From sequence record MG655269.1: a stretch of DNA of 64,000 nt. One strand, given 5' to 3'. The position numbers were made by a program, and so were the translations under genes. The notes below the pieces were generated by a model. It did no database searches, had not been told where the DNA came from, and worked only from the letters and a program-made list of their open reading frames with translations. Position 1 is the first letter of the stretch, and each line of letters opens with the position of its first letter. This document shows positions 56,960 to 64,000 of this stretch, in pieces.

Positions 56960-58111
56960 ATGCGTCAGTATTTGGATGGGATTCGTTACATCTTTGAGAA
57001 CGGGTCACAACGAGGGGATCGCACCGGGGTAGGTACGTTGTCGGTGTTCTCGATGAAGCAGACTTACGATCTGCGTCTGGGATTCCCACTGGTCACCAGT
57101 AAGAAAGTGCGTATCGATTTTATTATCGAAGAGCTCATCTCCTTCCTGTCGGGTAACCCTGATATGCCGGGGGTGGGTATCTGGGATGATTGGCGTGTCA
57201 AAGACGAAGTCTCTCGTGAAGTCCCGTTAGAGAACCACGAGCGTTTAAAACTCTGGGTTGAGAAGTCGGACCTGAAGTATAACGTTGCTTACCTTCAACT
57301 CAATGCGATGGGTTCTGTCGAAGAGGGCCATCGTTTCCTGGATGAGCAAGGGATTCCACGTAACAGAAAAGAAGTACTGGTAGCAGAAGGTGCACTCAAT
57401 GCACCCTATGGACCAGCGTGGCGTGCGTGGAAAGGTCGTCTGGGCGAAGTGCATGATCAGATCGGTTATCTGCTCAAGTTGCTTAAAAACAATCCTACGA
57501 GTCGTCGTATGCTATTGTCTGCCTGGGACCCAGCGAACATGCCGGATGAGTCTATCAGTCCGCAGGATAACATCATTGATGGCAAACCATGTCTGACTCC
57601 GTGTCACTGGGCGTTTGAGCTGTACACTGACGAAATCCTGGCAGAGGAACGCCTTGATTGGGTCGAAGCTAATGCACCTAGCCTCTGGGAAGACTACAAT
57701 GATCGTTCAGGACGTGGTCAGTGGTTAGGCGACACAGACAGTAAGCGCCTTCATGAATTCCTGGACGAAGCCGGCGTACCGAAGTATTACCTGGATCTGA
57801 AGTATCACCAACGTTCCTGTGACTATATGGTTGGCGTGCCGTATAACATCGCCAGCTATGCGGTGTTGCAGCACATGTTCGCCGCCACCTGTAACATGAT
57901 CCCGCGGATACTGGAAGCGGATATGACTAACATCCATATCTACAACTTCCACAAAACCAATGCGGTCATGCAGGCCAGTCGCAGCCCACGCGCACTACCC
58001 ACTCTGAAGGTACTCGCCGCTCACGATAAGTTGGAAGACTATACGTTGGAAGACTTTGAACTCGAAGGTTATGATCCGCATCCTTTTATTAAATATGAAA
58101 GAGCGGTCTGA
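56960..58111 (+). CDS. thyA: Thymidylate synthase with two insertions
   Basis: DRTGVGT, SRRMLLSAWDP, LTPCH (catalytic Cys), QRSCD...GVPYNIASY, HIY. Confidence 0.95.
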   Translation: MRQYLDGIRYIFENGSQRGDRTGVGTLSVFSMKQTYDLRLGFPLVTSKKVRIDFIIEELISFLSGNPDMPGVGIWDDWRVKDEVSREVPLENHERLKLWVEKSDLKYNVAYLQLNAMGSVEEGHRFLDEQGIPRNRKEVLVAEGALNAPYGPAWRAWKGRLGEVHDQIGYLLKLLKNNPTSRRMLLSAWDPANMPDESISPQDNIIDGKPCLTPCHWAFELYTDEILAEERLDWVEANAPSLWEDYNDRSGRGQWLGDTDSKRLHEFLDEAGVPKYYLDLKYHQRSCDYMVGVPYNIASYAVLQHMFAATCNMIPRILEADMTNIHIYNFHKTNAVMQASRSPRALPTLKVLAAHDKLEDYTLEDFELEGYDPHPFIKYERAV

Positions 58112-58143
58112 TCCACTGGTGCGTTGAAGGGAGCACAACGGTA

Positions 58144-58509
58144 ATGAAGAGAGAGTCCAGTTACACCCTGGTCTTTGGGGAAGGTAGTACTGAAGAAGAT
58201 GTCAACACCCTGCGTGAGATGGTGTCACACATGCGGGGGTTGACTGGGTTGTCGCAGCTGGGGGCGTTTGAGGTGTTCGTTACCCATTATGAATTGCAAC
58301 GTAAAGACGCAGGGCTAATCACCAGTAATCTTCCGGTGAATGCACAGTCGTTGTTTGATGTCAGTGATCGACAGAACTGGCTGACACCGCTGTTCACTTC
58401 CCGGGGGTTAGTGGCGTGTGATTTGTTGTTGTTACTGAAGCAAGGCAAATGGACCGGAGAACACCTCAAGGTGACCTTTCGGGTAAAAGGCATCAGGGCG
58501 AAAGCATAA
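58144..58509 (+). CDS. Hypothetical protein
   Basis: 121 aa, GGGAG RBS. Confidence 0.7.
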   Translation: MKRESSYTLVFGEGSTEEDVNTLREMVSHMRGLTGLSQLGAFEVFVTHYELQRKDAGLITSNLPVNAQSLFDVSDRQNWLTPLFTSRGLVACDLLLLLKQGKWTGEHLKVTFRVKGIRAKA

Positions 58510-58515
58510 CGCATA

Positions 58516-58543
58516 CGGAGGGGTCATTCCCTCCGCTATGCCG
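58516..58543 (+). terminator. Hairpin + TATGCCG element (GCATA on the left flank)
   Basis: CGGAGGG-GTCATT-CCCTCCG then CTATGCCG. Confidence 0.75.
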
Positions 58544-58582
58544 ATTAAGTTTTTAACAAAGTTTACTGCAGATCTTTTCAGA

Positions 58583-58592
58583 CCTATATCAC
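58583..58592 (+). promoter_or_regulatory. Candidate early promoter core CCTATATCAC
   Basis: Variant of CCTACATTAC with the same TCAGA 5' flank as the 40045 copy. Confidence 0.4.
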
Positions 58593-58641
58593 GTCGGTGA
58601 ATAACCTTTCACTAATTAACCAATCCGTAAGGAGTTTTATC

Positions 58642-60018
58642 ATGGCTGCATTAAAATCTAAAGTTGAACTGTTTCACTGGTATCAGGAACTGAAAACTGA
58701 ATTTAAAACCGGCAAGATTACCGTGTTCGAATTTGAGCGGCAGGTGCTCAGCGAAATCCTTTCCCTGACCGATACTGGTAAAACACCATCTACTGCCAAA
58801 ATCAGTCTGGTAGTGGACATCCTTAATTCTGTGGTTTTTGATCATGTGTTTACCGCAGACGGTATCATTGACCTGGACAACATGCTCGCTCGTGAACCCG
58901 TACGCAACATTTCGGAATTGACGGCGGCACGCAATAACTTTATTACCATACAAGCCCAGGCCCGTCTGAACAAAGAAAAGGAACAGACTGCGAAACCAGC
59001 AGAGCAGAAGGCATTTGCCAAGTTTCCAACGAAAGAAGAGCTCGAATATTGGGTTAATGCCAGAAAGCTATTCCGTTATGGTAACCCCAATACGCTCGGC
59101 ACTGAAGCATACCAGGAGGTTGTCAAATACTGGCATCTGGTCGATAAATATCTGGGTACATTAAAACTGGAACTGGATCACACCGACCCTAACTACGTCG
59201 ATAACATCCTGTTGATTGACTACTTTGTATCGTTGGTCGCCAAGCAAGAGGTTCCTGAGGAAGAACGCAGGCATCTGAAAGACACACTTAGCAGTCTATA
59301 TGCGTGCTCCATTAAAACCCCACACATCGATGCATTTGTCGAACGTGGCCAACACCCCCTTCCAGTTAAGCCAAAACAACCACCCATCGCGCAACAAGCC
59401 ATCGACCGCGCTATTGCCTGGCGTGAAGAGGAAACCAAAACAAACCATCAGCAAAAAGACATATTACGAGAATTCGCCGATCAATACTGTCCGGTAATGG
59501 TGGCCAAGCAACATGCCACTCAGCAGTTGTTTGATTTCGTTGCTCGTGCGGTGAAACGTGTCTTGACCGCCATTGCTCAGCCAAACAACCCGGAAGACGC
59601 CGAGATGCTGGCAAAAGGTCATGCCATCAACATTCTCAATGTTAAGCATGGTGTAATTGGTGTCAGTACCACGATTACCAGAAACGGTCTGGTCAAGTTA
59701 CGCATCTTCGCTGAACGTGAACTATGTAACGAGGACTACGGTATTCCGACTCTGTCGTATAATCAAGTCCGTCAATCACCTCATGCAACGTTCAGCATAC
59801 CAATGCCGGCGCTGATAGATGGGTTCATTAACATGTGGGATATCCCTAATCAGGCCCCTCGCCATATGCATAATAGCGTAGGCGGTATGTTGGGTAATCC
59901 CTATCCGTTACAGCAGCTTGATGGTTTGATGTCAGCTATTGCAAGAGAAGCAGCCGAGTACGGCGTTACGCCTACTTATGGCATGATCGAAGACAGCCTT
60001 ATCGTTGTGCTGCATTAA
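58642..60018 (+). CDS. Hypothetical protein; N-terminal helical module shared with 60082
   Basis: Start refined (AAGGAG RBS); WYQELKTEFKTGKI and YFVSLVAKQEV...IDAFVER blocks. Confidence 0.8.
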   Translation: MAALKSKVELFHWYQELKTEFKTGKITVFEFERQVLSEILSLTDTGKTPSTAKISLVVDILNSVVFDHVFTADGIIDLDNMLAREPVRNISELTAARNNFITIQAQARLNKEKEQTAKPAEQKAFAKFPTKEELEYWVNARKLFRYGNPNTLGTEAYQEVVKYWHLVDKYLGTLKLELDHTDPNYVDNILLIDYFVSLVAKQEVPEEERRHLKDTLSSLYACSIKTPHIDAFVERGQHPLPVKPKQPPIAQQAIDRAIAWREEETKTNHQQKDILREFADQYCPVMVAKQHATQQLFDFVARAVKRVLTAIAQPNNPEDAEMLAKGHAINILNVKHGVIGVSTTITRNGLVKLRIFAERELCNEDYGIPTLSYNQVRQSPHATFSIPMPALIDGFINMWDIPNQAPRHMHNSVGGMLGNPYPLQQLDGLMSAIAREAAEYGVTPTYGMIEDSLIVVLH

Positions 60019-60025
60019 TTCACAC

Positions 60026-60055
60026 GGGGAGGTTTCCCTCCCCCTTTTATTTTTT
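60026..60055 (+). terminator. Canonical intrinsic terminator
   Basis: GGGGAGG-TTTC-CCTCCCC then CTTTTATTTTTT. Confidence 0.8.
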
Positions 60056-60081
60056 AATTAACCTACTGTGAGAATTTAACC

Positions 60082-60783
60082 ATGAACAAAGAAACTTATA
60101 CTACCTGGTACAATGGATTAAAAGAAAGATTGGCGACTGGGCACATTAATCAGGAACACTACGAGACACTTATTGTTGACAATCTAAGTTCATTGATTAC
60201 TCATTTCTTCAATAGTCGATACGACGATGGTCATATGTCTCTGGAGGAGCATTTTGCGTTAGTTAATCATTATTTCGAACTGGTTGCTGATGCAGAAATA
60301 TCAGAACGCAGTGCCATGCTCATGGTACGTTCTGTAGCTAGCAGTATTCAAAAGCTACCAGCGGCTAAAGCCTTCGCAGAGAAACATAACACTCCGGCGC
60401 CGTCAATTAAAGAAATTCTTGGTAGTCGACCTGGTTTACTGCGTAAGCATGCTGCCAGCACGACCGAGAAGATGATAGGGTGTCCGGTGATCACCCAGGT
60501 CAACGAACCTGAGAACGAAGTAACCATTGAACTACCCTGGAAAACCGCATTGCACGTTTACAAAGGGTTCCTGGTAAAGGCGTTGATGTCAAAGCATGGA
60601 TACAAATACAGTGACGCGTATAACTACATTACTGATCATCAGAACAAATACGACGAACTCTTGGCAGAAGTCCTCAACAGCATTATTGCTAATGAGGAAT
60701 CGCATCTGGTGTCGGTAGGTGGCGGCATCACTGCAGCGGGTACTGGTCTGGCGGTAAGCGGGATTATTAAGCCGGAGGAGTGA
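60082..60783 (+). CDS. Fusion protein: helical module + non-catalytic RNA polymerase beta-prime fragment
   Basis: 60412-60693 encodes ..RPGLLRKH...PVIT...ELPW...K..L...L..K...A..Y...Y...LA......IIA, ungapped against the remembered phiKZ gp55 beta-prime segment KPGLARRH...AVIT...HIPW...ELIAE. No RNPTL or NADFDGD. Confidence 0.65.
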   Translation: MNKETYTTWYNGLKERLATGHINQEHYETLIVDNLSSLITHFFNSRYDDGHMSLEEHFALVNHYFELVADAEISERSAMLMVRSVASSIQKLPAAKAFAEKHNTPAPSIKEILGSRPGLLRKHAASTTEKMIGCPVITQVNEPENEVTIELPWKTALHVYKGFLVKALMSKHGYKYSDAYNYITDHQNKYDELLAEVLNSIIANEESHLVSVGGGITAAGTGLAVSGIIKPEE

Positions 60784-61343
60784 TGAAAGGAGAGATAGAG
60801 ACACGCTTCAGAAGACACTACGGCAACCACATTAAACGGGGTAGTGATATCGCAGTGCCTTTATACCACATTAGTCTACAGAATGACTTGGAGGGGCTAT
60901 GGCGACCTAAAGCCCCTGACTCGCCATTTGATATTCCGAAGAAACCCAGCATCATTACTGAAATGCCGCTCCCGCGTATCTGTGTAGCACCATCTATCGA
61001 ACAGTGCTTCTGGGCAATCTATCCCAATATCTCTAAGCTCTTTGAAGAGGAAGAATACGCAGCGGTTTGTTTTGCGGTTTATCAACCGATCTTGCATGCC
61101 GGTATTGCTGTCGTGGATACCAGTACGTTAACGCAATGCCGACTGGTGCACGATGCACATATTACCGGCGAGCATTGGTTACTTAGTGATACCACCATGT
61201 GTGTGATCGACTTTATTCAGGTTAATAACACCTCACACGGCGAGTTCGTAAAGTTCCATCCGTTTAATACCCCGGTTGGTAACGAATGGGAGCTCGCCCC
61301 TAAAAATGTTGTTTATCATTCACTTAAATTAACGGAGTTGTAA
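60780..61343 (+). CDS. Possible ADP-ribosyltransferase-fold protein
   Basis: LYHIS...PRICVAPSI..C...AI...DAHITGEHW pattern (His strand, late Glu); GGAGG RBS. Confidence 0.4.
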   Translation: MMKGEIETRFRRHYGNHIKRGSDIAVPLYHISLQNDLEGLWRPKAPDSPFDIPKKPSIITEMPLPRICVAPSIEQCFWAIYPNISKLFEEEEYAAVCFAVYQPILHAGIAVVDTSTLTQCRLVHDAHITGEHWLLSDTTMCVIDFIQVNNTSHGEFVKFHPFNTPVGNEWELAPKNVVYHSLKLTEL

Positions 61344-61347
61344 ATCC

Positions 61348-61992
61348 ATGGTAACTGCTAGAAAAGCTAATAAGACCTTAGGTGAGCACGCAGTAGCTCA
61401 TGAGGCAGTAACACGCTTAGGTAGCAACAAGAAAGTCAAACCAGTTAAACCGCTTTGGACACTGGAGAACATCGAGGACAATCTGGTTGGTCAAGGCATC
61501 CTTGCCTACTTGAAACGCCACACGTCGTTATCGATCCGTGATATCAACACCGCGGCTAACCGCCTGACGAAGATTGCTGATTCAGATATAAAGGAAGGGA
61601 AAGCGCGTGATTACGTGGCACGAGTTATTGGGTACAACAATTACGACGCTCTCAACGTCACCGTTCGTGCAGCGGTACCTGTGCGCAATCATGTACAACG
61701 TCGTAAAGCAAATCAGCCGGTCACAGAGTTGTTGATAGAAGACGAAGAACTGCCGCCGGTAACACATACTGAAATCAACCCCTTGGTGATGTTAGCCCTA
61801 CAGCGTGAGATCTCTAAACGCGGCTTTCGTCTCCTTGGTAAGAACTACCGGGCTTTCGTTAACAAGGATAACCCCGAGCACACCTTTACGTTGATGCAGG
61901 CGTACAACTACCTTGCCAAACAACTGGGTTATCCAGACTATCACTCTATGCCCCGTCAATACCCAATCATTAACTTGCGCTACGTCGATTAA
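61348..61992 (+). CDS. Hypothetical protein with a duplicated helical motif
   Basis: ARDYVARVIGYNNYDAL and AYNYLAKQLGYPDYHSM. Confidence 0.75.
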   Translation: MVTARKANKTLGEHAVAHEAVTRLGSNKKVKPVKPLWTLENIEDNLVGQGILAYLKRHTSLSIRDINTAANRLTKIADSDIKEGKARDYVARVIGYNNYDALNVTVRAAVPVRNHVQRRKANQPVTELLIEDEELPPVTHTEINPLVMLALQREISKRGFRLLGKNYRAFVNKDNPEHTFTLMQAYNYLAKQLGYPDYHSMPRQYPIINLRYVD

Positions 61993-62014
61993 CCTATTGT
62001 GAGGAATAAAGAAC

Positions 62015-62764
62015 ATGACGACGACTTTCCCGAAAGAGATGAATGCCGCTTTCCATCCTGATAACGAGCAAACCACTCAGCTGTGCAAAACGATCCAGCA
62101 GATCAGCGGGGTAGAAATCAAACGTGTACATGTGGTGATGGCGATCCACCATTACAAACAAAACGATGCGGCACATCAGCCTGACCACATGCTGGCGGTC
62201 TTAGCAGAAGCAGCCCACATCATCCAGTCGTTTCCTGACCTGGAGAAATGGCGCACCCAGATCATGTTAGGGTGTCTGTTCCATGACACCCACTGTCACA
62301 TCGATCGGGATATGCACCACCTGCTAGGTGCCGAACATGCCCAAGAGGCATTACTGGAGTATGCGTGTGGTTATGGGATGTCACGTGCGGATGTCTACCT
62401 GATCAGTCAGGCCGTACTGGAGCATCGGGCTTCCTGGAAGTACCCGCGTATTAACCCTGTATCCAACGCTGTGGCGTCTGCAGATCGTGGCTACCCTGAT
62501 CTAAAGAAATACATCCGTCGTGCTGTACAGTACCGTTACAAGCGCATGGCAGTCATCAACATGAACACCATCATCGATGAGTCGATCGAACACATGGTAG
62601 AGAAGTTCGGTGATGGCGGTTATGCCTGGGAAAGCTACCCGACGTATGCAGCGGTGATGCACGGTGATGCGATCCAACAAGTGAAGCAACAACTGCGCAG
62701 TAAAGAAGGAAAGGCGCAGCTCAAAGAGTACGCTGAACTCCACTTTGATGAGTGGGTAGAATAA
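62015..62764 (+). CDS. HD-domain metal-dependent phosphohydrolase
   Basis: HQPDH...LFHDT...HHLLGA...EHR...ADR spacing of the HD superfamily. Confidence 0.8.
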   Translation: MTTTFPKEMNAAFHPDNEQTTQLCKTIQQISGVEIKRVHVVMAIHHYKQNDAAHQPDHMLAVLAEAAHIIQSFPDLEKWRTQIMLGCLFHDTHCHIDRDMHHLLGAEHAQEALLEYACGYGMSRADVYLISQAVLEHRASWKYPRINPVSNAVASADRGYPDLKKYIRRAVQYRYKRMAVINMNTIIDESIEHMVEKFGDGGYAWESYPTYAAVMHGDAIQQVKQQLRSKEGKAQLKEYAELHFDEWVE

Positions 62765-62772
62765 GCTACGTG

Positions 62773-62801
62773 GCCGGAGGTAATCCTCCGGCTGTTATGC
62801 C
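62773..62801 (+). terminator. Hairpin + TTATGCC element
   Basis: GCCGGAGG-TAAT-CCTCCGGC then TGTTATGCC. Confidence 0.75.
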
Positions 62802-62924
62802 TGTTCTTTCTTCTTTGTAATTCTCAACACATTCGGTCTTTGTTATACAAAGGCTATAATCTTTGTCCCGAGCTAAGGGTAACGTGAACAGTTATGCTGG
62901 CTTACTTTTTAAAGGTATCTTTTC

Positions 62925-63455
62925 ATGGATGGTTTATTTAATCTCTCCTCATGGCAATCGCTTTTACTTGTGGTAGTTGTACTCCTGCTGTGGGCGTATT
63001 ACCAACGACTTCAACACCTGCGTCGTAAGTATCATCGCCGTAATGAACGCATGATGGCGCAGAGCGTGGTCATGACATCCCGGCTGTTACTGAGTACCTT
63101 CTCGGAGATTGTGGAACGCGCTAAAGAGGAGGACATCTACCAGCGTGATCCTAACTCCCCGATTGCGGCAGACCGGGCCAGTGCGATGGCCTGCTCCTCC
63201 ATCTTCAGTGGGTTGTATAACCTGGTTGTGGTGCCCGTCACCACCCTTGATCCGGTGTTCAACGATTTATTGATTACCGGTACTGAGCGGGAAGATGTTG
63301 AGGAAGGGGTCTTTGTGTCGTTTTATTTGGGTGAACAGCGTAATGATGTGGTTAGGCATTTTATACCCGACCGGTCGTTACAGGCCTTTATCACCCAAAC
63401 GCGTGCCTTCAGTGCTTACCTGCGACAGGCTGCGAATACAAAACCACCACAATGA
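62925..63455 (+). CDS. Membrane-anchored hypothetical protein
   Basis: N-terminal TM (LLLVVVVLLLWAYY), then a basic helix. Confidence 0.75.
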   Translation: MDGLFNLSSWQSLLLVVVVLLLWAYYQRLQHLRRKYHRRNERMMAQSVVMTSRLLLSTFSEIVERAKEEDIYQRDPNSPIAADRASAMACSSIFSGLYNLVVVPVTTLDPVFNDLLITGTEREDVEEGVFVSFYLGEQRNDVVRHFIPDRSLQAFITQTRAFSAYLRQAANTKPPQ

Positions 63456-63463
63456 GGTGACAC

Positions 63464-63994
63464 ATGACCAATTATGGTTTTCTGCTGAACACAGTACTTC
63501 TGGCTTTTCTTATTTGGTTTGGTTACCGACTGCACACGTTGGTAAACAACAGCGAGAAAGCCACCCTCGCCGCTGATCATAACGCCAAGCTGCGCTTCCT
63601 GACCTATGCAGCCCGGCAGATAATGAGTGACTTGTATACGTCGCTCAATCTTCCGACGCTCACCGGGTGTGCGAAGATGTATCTACGCGATGACGGCAAG
63701 CTTGATAATATTGAAGTCATTATGCGACTCTTCATGAAAACCCATAATGAGATTATTACCAAGCTCTCCGAGGGATTGGTGTCGGATCATTTGAAGATCA
63801 CCGATGTTAAAGTTACCCATGATCTGGTGACCAACGAAGTGCTCATCACACTCTTGTATCCGAATAAAGTCACTGACATCCTGGTCTTCCATCATAACCA
63901 CCTGGCGCAGGCGATCTACCAACTGGATCGATTGCAGCATCGGCTCTCAACGTTCCACAAAGCGGTGCCGAACCGCGACCTGTACCAACTCTAA
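63464..63994 (+). CDS. Membrane-anchored hypothetical protein
   Basis: N-terminal TM (FLLNTVLLAFLIWFGY); same length (176 aa) as the upstream gene; GAGGTG RBS. Confidence 0.75.
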   Translation: MTNYGFLLNTVLLAFLIWFGYRLHTLVNNSEKATLAADHNAKLRFLTYAARQIMSDLYTSLNLPTLTGCAKMYLRDDGKLDNIEVIMRLFMKTHNEIITKLSEGLVSDHLKITDVKVTHDLVTNEVLITLLYPNKVTDILVFHHNHLAQAIYQLDRLQHRLSTFHKAVPNRDLYQL

Positions 63995-64000
63995 ACCAAG

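Noticed and set aside
5418-62801. CRISPR or other guide array made of the repeated elements
   Set aside because: Copies are dispersed singly at gene ends with different stems; no regular repeat-spacer periodicity and no cas genes.
62832-62860. Host sigma70 promoter
   Set aside because: TATAAT is present but the -35 position reads TTCGGT; phiKZ-like phages transcribe with their own RNAPs.

Overview
The window is a 64 kb segment of a phiKZ-like, nucleus-forming jumbo myophage (Chimalliviridae-type). A Gram-negative, probably enterobacterial or other gammaproteobacterial host is inferred from the spanins and the E. coli-like SspB and RtcB. Left half (1-31.3 kb), core genes: non-virion RNA polymerase beta N-half, a large Q/P-rich protein, portal (minus strand), baseplate/tail paralogue cluster, RuvC-like resolvase, holin candidate, overlapping i-/o-spanins, four related tail-fibre-type proteins, central spike with HxH tip, and an SbcC/Rad50 ATPase. 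Right half (31.3-64 kb), accessory region of small + strand genes: gp144-type lytic transglycosylase with a signal peptide, GNAT, SspB, LemA plus TPM-like pair, frameshifted Toprim gene, RtcB, Kelch protein, HNH endonuclease, DEDDh exonuclease, ThyA, HD protein, and many tandem diverged doublets. Top observations: (1) a gene (60082-60783) fusing a helical module shared with its upstream neighbour to a ~94-aa catalytically dead fragment of a phage RNAP beta-prime subunit; (2) 14 copies of a hairpin + TATGCC(G) element at gene ends; (3) a multi-stem structured RNA directly behind the HNH gene. All family assignments come from motif reading and remembered sequences; no database search was run, and phiKZ gp numbers are from memory.
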